Below the pieces are notes generated by a model that saw nothing but the letters and a program-made list of their open reading frames with translations, searched no databases and was not told the DNA's origin. A DNA stretch of 64,000 nt from a virus, in the IMG/VR virus record IMGVR_UViG_3300008108_000039, positions 1 through 64,000 of that record; one strand, written 5' to 3'. How positions within the stretch are numbered: the stretch's first letter is position 1; every line of letters begins with the position of its first letter. Of the stretch, positions 8,575 to 18,552 are shown one piece after another. Position numbers and translations under genes: made by a program.

Positions 8575-9951
8575 TTATTTTTTCTTTGTACCATCATCAG
8601 TTACTGGGTCTTTAAATATTTCTCTACCTACTGTTACTTGTTTATCCATTAGACCTACTTCACCTACTCCTGAATCACCAACTGATGTTGTTAATTCAAC
8701 ATAGGTTGCTTTCATTGCAAATCCGAATGTATCTCGGGTATTGTATTGATAGGTAAACGAACCTATACCTAATACTACGTTTGTTGATGCAAAGCCTTTA
8801 GCTTCTAATCTAGCACAAATTTCATCTGCTCTATCAATTGTAATACTATCACCATAAATTGCTCCAATATGTGAATCCAATACTTTGTAACCTTGTTCGT
8901 TTACTGTTCCACCAAATACATCCCAAAGAAGTTCGATTACTCCTTTCCATTCCGGTTTATCTTCTGATGGAAAATCGTTTCTATTTAATGATTCATTAAT
9001 ACCTTGTATAGAATTAATACCACAAAGAATATCAACAGGGTCACCACTATCAGGTCTGATTACTAACTTACCATCACGTGCTAAGATTTCTTCTTTTAAT
9101 GTAACAACGTGTTCAGTACATACTTTCCATAAATCCCACGTATCTGATACTATCGATAAAATACCAGTTGGATATGTTTCGATTAATCTACGGAATGTTC
9201 CTATTTCATCATCAGATCCTCCTGCACACATTACTGAATGTTCTGTTGCATTAACACTACCGCCTATAAATCCAGTTTCACCATAATATTTTCTTGCTCC
9301 GTGTAATGTTGGTAATGAATCTGTTCCACTAAATGATGTTAAATGACCAAGACCTGAACTGATAACAGCGTCAACTGAATCCATACCTCTCATTGAGAAA
9401 TCATGTCCTTGCCAATCAATAAACCAACTCTTTTCAGTATCTGTTTTCTCTTGCCACTTAGTTAATACCTTACGATATGTATGAGCAATAGTTGCTGATG
9501 TCATTGGTTTCCATAATAAATTAGATAGAATTGTCTCTAAGTAATTTGTCACCCAATAAAAATCAGGATGTGTATTGTAAATTGTTAATACAGGTACTTT
9601 AATTGGAACAAGGTTTCCTTCTTTAATTCCTTTAACGTGAATTGGTAGATAACCTAAATCATGTAATTTTTCAAAATGACTAACGTCGTAGTCAGTATCT
9701 AAATACATAGATAATTCACGTTTCATCTCTCCACAAACTTCTTCTTTTGGTTTAGAGAAAAATTCATTTTGAAACGCATCGTGAATTTGTTTCATTACCA
9801 TTTGTTGTCCAAATGAAACAACTTTGTCACAACCTTTAGGAGCGTATTTGTTGCTTCTAGGAGTGAAATTAGAATAAACTAAAGTAGTGTTCTTCGGATA
9901 CTGCTGATGATGTCCAGTTTTGTATCCATCTGTTAATAATAAAGGGTTCAT
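8575..9951 (-). CDS. nicotinamide phosphoribosyltransferase-like protein (probable Namat of NARP1); C-terminus truncated/frameshifted
   Basis: LLTDGYK..H, HDFSMRG, ATEHSVM, VSDTWD, IRPDSGDP, IYGDSIT, TRDTFGFAMKAT; terminal segment GELQTIY..TLTEIRNRL sits in another frame at 8490-8579. Confidence 0.9.
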   Translation of the reverse strand: MNPLLLTDGYKTGHHQQYPKNTTLVYSNFTPRSNKYAPKGCDKVVSFGQQMVMKQIHDAFQNEFFSKPKEEVCGEMKRELSMYLDTDYDVSHFEKLHDLGYLPIHVKGIKEGNLVPIKVPVLTIYNTHPDFYWVTNYLETILSNLLWKPMTSATIAHTYRKVLTKWQEKTDTEKSWFIDWQGHDFSMRGMDSVDAVISSGLGHLTSFSGTDSLPTLHGARKYYGETGFIGGSVNATEHSVMCAGGSDDEIGTFRRLIETYPTGILSIVSDTWDLWKVCTEHVVTLKEEILARDGKLVIRPDSGDPVDILCGINSIQGINESLNRNDFPSEDKPEWKGVIELLWDVFGGTVNEQGYKVLDSHIGAIYGDSITIDRADEICARLEAKGFASTNVVLGIGSFTYQYNTRDTFGFAMKATYVELTTSVGDSGVGEVGLMDKQVTVGREIFKDPVTDDGTKKK

Positions 9952-9972
9952 ATTTGTTTTAATTGTTTAATT

Positions 9973-10428
9973 TTAAAATAATTTCCACCAAGGTCGAGAT
10001 TTTATTTCTTCTAATTCAAAACTAACTTTTAAATCTTTAATTTCTTCTTTGTGTTTTACTTCTAAATCTTTTTGTTTCGTTTGCAGTTGAGTGATAGTTT
10101 CTTGTAAAGATTCTATCATTTTAAGTCTGCTATCGGCAAGTTGCTCTAATTTTAGGTTTTCTTTATAGTATATATCTTTATCTAGAATAACAGTATTTAT
10201 TTTTGTGTTAAGAGCCGTTATTTCTTTTGTTAATAATACTTCTTTTTCTTCAGTAGTAAAATTATGTACATAAAAATTAGTGCTAATATTACCGAAAGGA
10301 TGCCAGCGTGTATCCCTAAGTATAAAGCTTCCTTTTTCTTCTAGTATCTTATCTATTTTTTCTTTTAGTTCTTTAATATCATTTTGAGTCTTATCATACT
10401 CATCTTTTGGTAATGTAATTGTAATCAT
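9973..10428 (-). CDS. coiled-coil hypothetical protein (PWWKLF tail)
   Basis: 151 aa. Confidence 0.7.
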   Translation of the reverse strand: MITITLPKDEYDKTQNDIKELKEKIDKILEEKGSFILRDTRWHPFGNISTNFYVHNFTTEEKEVLLTKEITALNTKINTVILDKDIYYKENLKLEQLADSRLKMIESLQETITQLQTKQKDLEVKHKEEIKDLKVSFELEEIKSRPWWKLF

Positions 10429-10433
10429 AATTT

Positions 10434-10982
10434 TTAATTGTTTAAATATAATCTTTGATGATTGTAAAATGCTACAGGATTATTTTCAACTAATAATCCA
10501 TAATTTTCTATAACATAGTTATTAATAACATCTAATGGTTCATTAATTACTTCACCTAATAATTGAGCAAAATAATTATTAGATTGATCTACTGTGTCTT
10601 GTGGTATATTTGGTAATCCACAATAATTGGCTTCGCCTACTTCACTAATAAACATCCCACTATAAAAACCATTTAGTTTATGATATTTCATAAATTTATC
10701 TGCGTTACACCATATTGAAATACATTCTTTACTACGTAATAATTCTACCATTGAATGATCAATTATATAACCATTATTACTTTTAAATTGTCCTATAGTA
10801 AATAAACCGTAAGGCGAACCATGACCTAACATTATAATACGTTCATATTCAGTTATCAATTTACTAACTTGTTGTTTAGTAGATCCTCCTCTGAGAATAA
10901 GGGCATCAGATATATTATGGTATATCTGACATAAAAAATCAGTGCTACTGTCATTTGGGTGTATAACTAAATTAGTATTCAT
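10434..10982 (-). CDS. hypothetical protein, possible clan CD (caspase/gingipain-like) peptidase fold
   Basis: IIMLGHGSP ... ISIWCNAD His-Gly/Cys spacing. Confidence 0.5.
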   Translation of the reverse strand: MNTNLVIHPNDSSTDFLCQIYHNISDALILRGGSTKQQVSKLITEYERIIMLGHGSPYGLFTIGQFKSNNGYIIDHSMVELLRSKECISIWCNADKFMKYHKLNGFYSGMFISEVGEANYCGLPNIPQDTVDQSNNYFAQLLGEVINEPLDVINNYVIENYGLLVENNPVAFYNHQRLYLNN

Positions 10983-11239
10983 ATATCTTCATCTTCATAT
11001 TTACTTGATTTAAATGAATCTTCGTTTAGTTGAGTATTAATTTCATTTAATACTTCATCTTCTGCTGATTCAATCCAATCACTGATTAAGTCAAACATAC
11101 CTTTTTCATCACCATTAAGGTAATGGTTCATAAGATGTTCTGCTGATTCTTGAGAATATCTAACTAAATCGTAAGCAACTTGTGCTTTGATATTTTCAAT
11201 CTGCTCCTTATTAAGTAAGCGAAATTGATTTCTGCTCAT
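10979..11239 (-). CDS. hypothetical protein
   Basis: 86 aa. Confidence 0.65.
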   Translation of the reverse strand: MSRNQFRLLNKEQIENIKAQVAYDLVRYSQESAEHLMNHYLNGDEKGMFDLISDWIESAEDEVLNEINTQLNEDSFKSSKYEDEDI

Positions 11240-11260
11240 AACTTTTGTTTTATTTATATG

Positions 11261-11286
11261 AATATAAGAAAGGGGCTTTGCCCCTT
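11261..11286 (-). terminator. GC hairpin terminator overlapping a promoter-motif variant
   Basis: AGGGGC-AAA-GCCCCT-TTCTT after AAA ATPase; also reads GGCAAAG..CTTATATT. Confidence 0.55.
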
Positions 11287-11289
11287 TAC

Positions 11290-12330
11290 TTAAAACGCAT
11301 ACCCGTAATGGTATTGTTTTATCTCTTCGACTTTATACGTACTAATTACGTATTTCCCATCCTCACCCAATTTAATACCTCTTTCCCATACTTTAACCTG
11401 TACTGTATTTTCATCTATAACCCCAACTATTTCCCCTAAATCACTTCCATTTACATAAAAATCATTTCCATTATCAACATGACTTTGATTAAATTTTATT
11501 GGACTTATTTTAACATTATTTGTTAATTCAGGTTCTTTTTGACCTGGAGTTGTTTTATATATATTAAATCTAGGATCTAATATTCGAATATTGAATATAT
11601 CTTTGAATAGTTTAGGATCCTCATTATGAATATTAACCTCATCTATTATTGCCTTAACAATATCAACTGTAATTGTTTCTAATTGTAAAATAAATTCAAT
11701 TATTGATAGTCTATGTTCTAAATATATTAGTTTATCATCTATAATTTCTTTAATTGCTTCAAGTGGTAAATTTCCATATGTTTTTAAATAACGAAGACGA
11801 CCCGGTCTTTGAATCATATTTGAATTTAAATATAATTCATTTGTAGTTAATAAGAATACTCTACGAAAACCATTATCCAATACACCATCCATAACTGTTA
11901 ATATAGAATGATCTTTTTCATTGTACATTTTTTCATATTCATCAACAAATACTATTACATTTTGTTGAATATTATTAATAAAATTTGAAGTATTATCATA
12001 TCGAGTATGAATAACAATTACAGGCAAATTTAATTTGTTACATATTTGCTTTGCAGTAACTGTTTTACCAGTACCTTTAATACCATTAAGCAAAATACCT
12101 AAATTAGATGTTGTATTATTATAAGTTTTTTCTACACGATCAATGAAATCAGTTTCAATACCATATACTTTATAGGGAAAATCAAATTTATCAAGTATTT
12201 GAGATAAATACAATTCACCTGTTCTTTCATCTATTTCTAATTTATAAACTAATGGTTTTAGCTTTTCTACATTTTGAGATACTTCTCTAATAAAGAAATT
12301 GTTTGTTGACTGTTGCCATTGATTTTTCAT
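11290..12330 (-). CDS. AAA+ ATPase
   Basis: GIKGTGKT Walker A, VFVDEYEK Walker B, LTTN sensor, RPGR arginine finger. Confidence 0.9.
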   Translation of the reverse strand: MKNQWQQSTNNFFIREVSQNVEKLKPLVYKLEIDERTGELYLSQILDKFDFPYKVYGIETDFIDRVEKTYNNTTSNLGILLNGIKGTGKTVTAKQICNKLNLPVIVIHTRYDNTSNFINNIQQNVIVFVDEYEKMYNEKDHSILTVMDGVLDNGFRRVFLLTTNELYLNSNMIQRPGRLRYLKTYGNLPLEAIKEIIDDKLIYLEHRLSIIEFILQLETITVDIVKAIIDEVNIHNEDPKLFKDIFNIRILDPRFNIYKTTPGQKEPELTNNVKISPIKFNQSHVDNGNDFYVNGSDLGEIVGVIDENTVQVKVWERGIKLGEDGKYVISTYKVEEIKQYHYGYAF

Positions 12331-12349
12331 AACCTTATTTTTTATTTTA

Positions 12350-12371
12350 AATATAAGACTAGAATTTTGCC
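12350..12371 (-). promoter_or_regulatory. phage promoter motif GKCAAAAT-N-TAYATT
   Basis: GGCAAAATTCTAGTCTTATATT. Confidence 0.65.
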
Positions 12372-12539
12372 CTATTTAATCCACTCTTCTGCTCCTAATT
12401 TCATAGCTTGAGATGGAGATAAACTACTGTCTTCTCGCATATAAAGTAAAGCAGTGTAAATTAATTCTGCTTCTAAACCATATTCAGCGGCTTCTTCTAT
12501 AAAATTATTTATAGCTTTTAATTCGTCCTGTCTACCCAT
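12372..12539 (-). CDS. small hypothetical protein (55 aa, not in ORF track)
   Basis: MGRQDELKAINNFIEEAAEYGLEAE...EEWIK; ATATTTAT motif upstream. Confidence 0.65.
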   Translation of the reverse strand: MGRQDELKAINNFIEEAAEYGLEAELIYTALLYMREDSSLSPSQAMKLGAEEWIK

Positions 12540-12566
12540 GTTATTATTTTAATATAAATATAGATA

Positions 12567-12860
12567 TTATTTCCAAAACACCCACCAAGGATTTTTAGGT
12601 TTATCTTCTACTTTAAATGGGCTTGTATTGTCATAGCATTTTACTACTCCACCATATCTAGCATTCATCATTTGAATAAATATCTGATGATGTTCAGGTG
12701 GTATCCTTCCAAAATCTGCTTTAATTTTAACATCTAAAACTTCAACTTTACCTTTATCAGTAAATAATTTTAGTTGTTCATGCATTTCAACTACAGTTGA
12801 TGATTTAACAGTTAAACGATGATCTCCATCTACTGCAACCCAGGGTTCATTCATATTCAT
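12567..12860 (-). CDS. hypothetical protein
   Basis: 97 aa, PWWVFWK tail. Confidence 0.7.
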   Translation of the reverse strand: MNMNEPWVAVDGDHRLTVKSSTVVEMHEQLKLFTDKGKVEVLDVKIKADFGRIPPEHHQIFIQMMNARYGGVVKCYDNTSPFKVEDKPKNPWWVFWK

Positions 12861-13131
12861 TTTTTATTGAAAGTCCATAACCTATACTAAACCAACTAAA
12901 TTCTAATTCTGCTTGTTGGCGATTAAATTTATAAACATTTTGTATTTGTTTAATACTATATTCTTTCCATTTTTCATATTGATCCTTAGTTAATTTATTA
13001 TTTCGAAACCAATCAGGATCATCTTTAATTTCATCCCAAGTCTTCCCCACATAAGAAAGTTGATTATTGAGTAAGTGAATTGCTATGTTATTTTCATTAA
13101 GTTTTGATCGGCGTTGTAACAGACGTTTCAT
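12847..13131 (-). CDS. hypothetical protein, paralog of 14951..15271
   Basis: shared DWF....T..Q...W......YGL/CGL pattern. Confidence 0.65.
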   Translation of the reverse strand: MKRLLQRRSKLNENNIAIHLLNNQLSYVGKTWDEIKDDPDWFRNNKLTKDQYEKWKEYSIKQIQNVYKFNRQQAELEFSWFSIGYGLSIKNEYE

Positions 13132-13195
13132 GTAACAGTAATTTAGATACTCGTAAATATATGAACTATATTAAAAATATATAAATTTCGATTGA

Positions 13196-14290
13196 TTATT
13201 CATAGGAATCTCTATCTATATTAACCACCTTAGGAAATCGTAAAGAACCATCAACTGTCTTTTCAAAATATTTAACAGTAGCTTTTCTACCTATTAATGA
13301 ATCTTTAATATTCCATAACTCAGTTAAATATTCATGTGTACCATTTACTGCTGCATTAAATTCAATTCCTTCTTTAGTATTAAATATTAATGTACCTATC
13401 TTTCCACTTAAATTTCCAATCCCTTCAACATATCCTATAATAGTAAATTCATCATCAATAAACTGTTTTCGTTTTAATAAATATTTTGAACGTTTATTTT
13501 CATAAGATGAATTAGTTCTGATCATTTGACCTTCATAACCTTTCACTAAATATTCTTTATATTTATTATTTAATTCTTCTTGACTATTGCATTTAGTAGT
13601 TTCTACTACAACACAACATTCAGGTAAAGATAAATTATATAAAACTGATTTTCTATTTAGAAATATATTATCTTCTGATGGGAAATCATATATATAATAT
13701 TTAATAAAAGTTTTACTTAATTCTAAGTCAGCTGCTGTTGGTTTTGTTTTGCGAACGCAAGATATAATTGTATTAAAGTCAGCTACATCTTTTTCAGCAA
13801 ATAATTCCCCATCTAATATCATATCACCATTTTCTTCAAACAACGGTTTAAGCGATTCAAATATATGAGGCGCTGAAATAATAGGTTTACCATTTCGAGA
13901 CCACATACCATCTGATCTGATTATACATCTAACTCCATCGAGTTTTGGATCAGAAAGTAAGGGATATAGAATTTTATCCTTATAATCATTATAATCATGA
14001 GCTAACATTGGTTTAAAATATACAAGTGTATCTATATCATTTATATCTTCCCAATAACCTAATGCTTTACGTTTATCAAACATTGCTTGTGCTTCCGCAT
14101 CAGCTTGTTCAGCGGGGTTTGTTTCGTTTTTCTTTCCAATATTTTTACCTTCACAACACGTCCATTCAGATGTTACTTTTTGTCCATCTAAGAATCCACT
14201 TACTGTTCTAAAACATTCATCCTTTACTTCAACATACCATGTTGATACTTTACCTGTTACTGAGCGTTTGTACAATGTTGGCCAAATCAT
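13196..14290 (-). CDS. ATP-dependent DNA ligase
   Basis: KLDGVR adenylation motif, LDGEL, EGQMIR, LLKRK, SLRFP. Confidence 0.95.
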   Translation of the reverse strand: MIWPTLYKRSVTGKVSTWYVEVKDECFRTVSGFLDGQKVTSEWTCCEGKNIGKKNETNPAEQADAEAQAMFDKRKALGYWEDINDIDTLVYFKPMLAHDYNDYKDKILYPLLSDPKLDGVRCIIRSDGMWSRNGKPIISAPHIFESLKPLFEENGDMILDGELFAEKDVADFNTIISCVRKTKPTAADLELSKTFIKYYIYDFPSEDNIFLNRKSVLYNLSLPECCVVVETTKCNSQEELNNKYKEYLVKGYEGQMIRTNSSYENKRSKYLLKRKQFIDDEFTIIGYVEGIGNLSGKIGTLIFNTKEGIEFNAAVNGTHEYLTELWNIKDSLIGRKATVKYFEKTVDGSLRFPKVVNIDRDSYE

Positions 14291-14308
14291 AATTTATATA
14301 TTTAAATA

Positions 14309-14330
14309 AATGTAAGAAGGGGATTTTGAC
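14309..14330 (-). promoter_or_regulatory. phage promoter motif GKCAAAAT-N-TAYATT
   Basis: GTCAAAATCCCCTTCTTACATT upstream of ligase. Confidence 0.65.
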
Positions 14331-14341
14331 AATCCCTAATG

Positions 14342-14542
14342 TTAGATATCAGGGACATGTTTATCTTTTTGCTTTTGTTTAAATTTAAGCCATTCAAGTT
14401 GATCATGTAAACTTGCTCCTCGTTGTGTTAATTCACTCCAAGATTCATCGTGTAGTGACTTTCGTTTATTTTTTTTCTTTAACGATTTGTCTACTCGTCT
14501 TGATGCTTTATCTTGGGCATCGTCTTTAGAAATAATTGGCAT
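14342..14542 (-). CDS. small basic hypothetical protein
   Basis: 66 aa. Confidence 0.6.
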   Translation of the reverse strand: MPIISKDDAQDKASRRVDKSLKKKNKRKSLHDESWSELTQRGASLHDQLEWLKFKQKQKDKHVPDI

Positions 14543-14551
14543 TTATTTTAT

Positions 14552-14779
14552 TTAAAAATTAAAAAATTTATTCTTCCCAATATTAGCTGCTTTTCTTTCG
14601 CCTTCAGTCCTTGGTCTAGATTCAGGTCTAGTTGTTTGTTTTGGTTTACGTCCTCTTGGTTTGGATTGTATTTCTTCAGGATTATCCCATCTTTGATTAC
14701 GTACTTTTTTTAAAAAATCCTCAAACACTTTTTTATTATATTCAGGATCTTCTTTAGGATATACGGGTTTATTATTCAT
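14552..14779 (-). CDS. basic protein with AT-hook-like PRGRKPK (likely start MNNKP)
   Basis: KPRGRKPK motif. Confidence 0.6.
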   Translation of the reverse strand: MNNKPVYPKEDPEYNKKVFEDFLKKVRNQRWDNPEEIQSKPRGRKPKQTTRPESRPRTEGERKAANIGKNKFFNF

Positions 14780-14979
14780 GAAATATAATCTAAGATAAGT
14801 TCTTGGCCAAAACACATTTGCTGTAGTGTTCTAAATTTAGCTTCATCATCTAATGGTTTACATTCATTATAATCTTTACACCATACTAGTTCTCCACCAT
14901 ACATCATGCCACAAAAATATTCTAAATTAGAGTTCATTACGATGAACCATTTACGCTTTGGTTGTTTCTTCCCTCTCAT
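14776..14979 (-). CDS. hypothetical protein
   Basis: 67 aa. Confidence 0.65.
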   Translation of the reverse strand: MRGKKQPKRKWFIVMNSNLEYFCGMMYGGELVWCKDYNECKPLDDEAKFRTLQQMCFGQELILDYIS

Positions 14980-15271
14980 ATTTTGAATCTGATATTTTTA
15001 ATCCACAATATAAATCTATCCATCTCATTTCACGATCAGCTATGAATTTTTTATAACGATATTTTTTCATTATAAATTTAGTACCCCAATTTCGCCAATC
15101 CTCATTTTGAGATTCAGTCATAGTGTATTGTTGAAACCAATCATCAGTTCTACCCTCAACATCTTCAAATTTAAGAGGATGACCTGCTATTTCAAACATC
15201 TTATCAATTATTTCCTTTAATACTAGTTTATTTTTATCTGCTCGTTTCATCTGTAGAGTTTTCTGATTCAT
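14951..15271 (-). CDS. hypothetical protein, paralog of 12847..13131
   Basis: DDWFQQYTMT..Q..W pattern. Confidence 0.7.
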   Translation of the reverse strand: MNQKTLQMKRADKNKLVLKEIIDKMFEIAGHPLKFEDVEGRTDDWFQQYTMTESQNEDWRNWGTKFIMKKYRYKKFIADREMRWIDLYCGLKISDSKYEREETTKA

Positions 15272-16454
15272 CTTCTATAATACCCCTAGTGTATAATTCT
15301 GGTGGGGCAAATGGTGAATTATTAGCAATAACCCTATGACTATGAGTACGAATATCTGCAAGTTCTTGCATTCTTGCAATTTGTTCAGGAGTAAGAGAAA
15401 GATCTTCTGTAGTAAATGATGCTAATTCTGGAGTCAATTGTGCTCTCAACTTGCGATGACGATCTATCATTTCATTATCCCGAGCAGTTGGATTTACATC
15501 ATTAATGAATGTTGGTGCTGTTGCTAATGCTACTGTTAGATCATTTCCATGATATACCCCAGGTGAAATATAAATTGCATTATTATTTGCTGTTCCAGTA
15601 ATCCCTATAGCTCCACTTACTGATATGGAACCTGTTACAGCATGAAAAGATGATACGTTTTGGGGTTGGGGATCTGGAAATAATGATAAATTGGTAACTT
15701 TATTTTTATTTACTTCTTCTCTAAGGATACCAAGTATATGAAAAGATATATTTTCATTTTCAAGTGGTTCAAATCTTTTATCTTCCTCATTCCAAAACGA
15801 AAATTCATCTTTTTCAGTAGGATTTAGATTTTTAAAAACAGCAAATTTCAATCCTGTTTTTTTATTAATATTATAAATTAATATACCATTCCCGCTATAT
15901 TTCATAAAATAATTTCCACTATCCATTGTAGTACACCACTTAGTACCAGAACCATATTTTTTAGAAGCAAATAATGATAATGGTTTTAACATTAACCATT
16001 CTTCATCTTCATATATTTTAATAATATTTTTTTCTAATTCTTTACTCATTAATTTAATCTCAGCAAGATCTATAGCTTTGGTTAAATCTTCCCAAGTTTT
16101 ATAAGAAGTAACATCTTTATTTTCAATTAAATTTTGTTCATTTAATTCTATAAATTTAAAAAATATTTTAAAATTAGAAGGATGATTAATGTTAAAACCA
16201 TATATAAAAAAACAGAATAATTTTTCTAATATTGGTGTTTCTAGAGTTTCCAAATAATTTGGATCTACTGTTGGAAGGGTCATTAATTGGCTTATTGTAA
16301 AACCTCTTTCATTTTTTGTGATAAACTTATAATTATTTTTATTTAAATTAATATATAATTCAACATATTTACTAGGGCATAAAAGCTTTAGCATATCAAT
16401 ATCACTTAAAGCTAAATGTTTATGTTGTTTCTTTAGTTCATCTATTCTTGACAT
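15234..16454 (-). CDS. hypothetical phage protein with YGSGTKWCTT domain and low-complexity C-terminal extension
   Basis: 406 aa. Confidence 0.75.
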   Translation of the reverse strand: MSRIDELKKQHKHLALSDIDMLKLLCPSKYVELYINLNKNNYKFITKNERGFTISQLMTLPTVDPNYLETLETPILEKLFCFFIYGFNINHPSNFKIFFKFIELNEQNLIENKDVTSYKTWEDLTKAIDLAEIKLMSKELEKNIIKIYEDEEWLMLKPLSLFASKKYGSGTKWCTTMDSGNYFMKYSGNGILIYNINKKTGLKFAVFKNLNPTEKDEFSFWNEEDKRFEPLENENISFHILGILREEVNKNKVTNLSLFPDPQPQNVSSFHAVTGSISVSGAIGITGTANNNAIYISPGVYHGNDLTVALATAPTFINDVNPTARDNEMIDRHRKLRAQLTPELASFTTEDLSLTPEQIARMQELADIRTHSHRVIANNSPFAPPELYTRGIIEDESENSTDETSR

Positions 16455-16463
16455 AACATTAAT

Positions 16464-17201
16464 TTATCTTGTTTTACCAACACTCAATTTACCATTATTA
16501 ATAATTAAATATTCGCCTGTAGTTTCTTGACAATCTATAAGATAATATCTACCACCCATTGCTTTCATAGCACCATTAAGATCAAGTTTGTTAACCCCAG
16601 TATGACCCACTATTTGAATATAATCTTTCTTTAATGATTTATCATGTTTTTTATTAGAAACCATTAATGATCTAGGTCTAATCCAAATAGGAGTTTGAGT
16701 TATATTATCACCATAAGAATCAAAACCATTAAAATCAAAAGCTTTAGGTTTATATTTAAACAGTTCATTTAAATCAGCTACAACATTTTCTTTAGACCAA
16801 CCATTGGAACCAAACACTTCATCCATGAATATTGGACTTACACCAGCGTGAGTAAATAAGAAATTATCAAAACTATAAGCCATTTGTAAATGGTATCTAT
16901 TTTCTTCTATAATTTGAGTTATTGATGGAGCTATTTTAGTTTGATAACCACTAGTACCATTATAACCAATTTCTGGGAAATAATGATAGTCATGGTTACC
17001 AATTAATAGTATAACTTCTTTACCTGATGTTTGTTTGTATTCAATAATTTCTTTAAAATTATGGATTTGTTCAACACCAGGAATATCAAATGAATCAAAG
17101 TAATCACCTACAAAGATGATTCTATCAGCATCTCGTTCTTGATTTACTATTAATTTCCAGAGTGATCGACCATGTGTATCACCAATTACAATTGTTTTCA
17201 T
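16464..17201 (-). CDS. calcineurin-like metallophosphoesterase
   Basis: GDTHG, GDYFD, GNHD, THAG, VGHT motifs. Confidence 0.92.
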   Translation of the reverse strand: MKTIVIGDTHGRSLWKLIVNQERDADRIIFVGDYFDSFDIPGVEQIHNFKEIIEYKQTSGKEVILLIGNHDYHYFPEIGYNGTSGYQTKIAPSITQIIEENRYHLQMAYSFDNFLFTHAGVSPIFMDEVFGSNGWSKENVVADLNELFKYKPKAFDFNGFDSYGDNITQTPIWIRPRSLMVSNKKHDKSLKKDYIQIVGHTGVNKLDLNGAMKAMGGRYYLIDCQETTGEYLIINNGKLSVGKTR

Positions 17202-17229
17202 AACCTAAATTTAAGTATTAATTTTGACT

Positions 17230-17460
17230 TTACCAAAATTTATACCAAGGTTTCTTAGGGGATTTTTTAGGAAGGGGAAGTCTTAAAGGACGATTTAATA
17301 ATAAATTAGCATGAGATTTTATTAGTTCCTTTTCTACTTTATTTAATTTTGTAGTATCAACATGAATTTGAACAGGGGCTTCAACACTACCCGCTGTTAT
17401 TTGGGTAGTAATAACGTGGTATTCTTTTCCTTTTATTATTACTGTACGAATCATAACCAT
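17230..17460 (-). CDS. hypothetical protein
   Basis: 76 aa, PWYKFW tail. Confidence 0.6.
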   Translation of the reverse strand: MVMIRTVIIKGKEYHVITTQITAGSVEAPVQIHVDTTKLNKVEKELIKSHANLLLNRPLRLPLPKKSPKKPWYKFW

Positions 17461-17478
17461 AAATATATTAAATTTAGG

Positions 17479-18027
17479 TTATTTTTTCTTATTAAGATGA
17501 ACTCCTATCCCTAAATTAAATGAATTAAAAGAATCCCAACCAATTCTAATACATGATATATCACTTGAAAATTGAACCATAGCACCACCAATAAAATCAT
17601 TATATCCTCTTTGTCTAGTATACCACAGTTCATTTGATAGATTTCCTATGCCTTTACCATTTAAATATCTTGTTGTAACCCCCATTCCAAATTTCATTAT
17701 CCATGCTATTCTAGGAGTAACTTTATTACCAACCAGCATGTAAATAGAACCATTTTTAGCATAAAAATTTTCGTATACTGATGAATAATTTGTTATAAAT
17801 CCTGTGTAGTCTTTTCCTTTATTTCCTTTATTAAAGAAAAATGAAACACCACCACCATAAATCATGTGTTTATCTTTACCTCTAGGCACCGTAAATTCAG
17901 CAAGTACACTATTTTTTGTACTTAAAGCTATTAATGCTGTTGCTGGATCTGATGTTTGGCTTTGTACTTTTGTAAGAGCAAATAATGTTACTAATGTAAT
18001 TAGTATTTTGTTTTTTAATCCCACCAT
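17479..18027 (-). CDS. secreted, probable outer-membrane beta-barrel-like protein
   Basis: signal peptide ending VQSQ (Bacteroidota-style Gln at +1), amphipathic beta strands, FNLGIGV tail. Confidence 0.55.
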   Translation of the reverse strand: MVGLKNKILITLVTLFALTKVQSQTSDPATALIALSTKNSVLAEFTVPRGKDKHMIYGGGVSFFFNKGNKGKDYTGFITNYSSVYENFYAKNGSIYMLVGNKVTPRIAWIMKFGMGVTTRYLNGKGIGNLSNELWYTRQRGYNDFIGGAMVQFSSDISCIRIGWDSFNSFNLGIGVHLNKKK

Positions 18028-18524
18028 CTTGTAATGTTTTGTTCTAGTATTTTAAATAATAATTTATGTGCTCGTTTCTCATTTATATGACCCATATTCA
18101 TAGCTATACCTTGCTTAGTATTTATTTTGAATATATTTTTGTCTGATGATAATACCTGTTTGTATATAAGTGGATATTTTTTAAAATATTCATCAAATCG
18201 CTCTGATTTTAGTACTATATCTAATTCATAGTAGTCTGGGTGTGTTTTAGATTCTATCCAATTATAATCAGATTCATGATAATCCATGCATTCTTCTGCA
18301 TAGTATTCATTTTGAATTTTATCTATTAAACGAACACATAACATCATTATTTCAGCGTCGCGTTTAGCAGATCTATGTCTATCATGATAACCAATATATT
18401 CTGCTTGGTTTTTTAGTTTAAATTTGAGTATTTCAAAAATATACCAGTCATCCCAATCTTGGTCCTTCCATATGATTGGAAACCAACGAATTAGATTTTT
18501 AATTCTTTTAAAAAATTGTTTCAT
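18015..18524 (-). CDS. conserved hypothetical phage protein (WFPIIWKDQDWD...WWD)
   Basis: 169 aa. Confidence 0.75.
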   Translation of the reverse strand: MKQFFKRIKNLIRWFPIIWKDQDWDDWYIFEILKFKLKNQAEYIGYHDRHRSAKRDAEIMMLCVRLIDKIQNEYYAEECMDYHESDYNWIESKTHPDYYELDIVLKSERFDEYFKKYPLIYKQVLSSDKNIFKINTKQGIAMNMGHINEKRAHKLLFKILEQNITRWWD

Positions 18525-18552
18525 AACCTTAAATATATAATAAAGATTTTGA

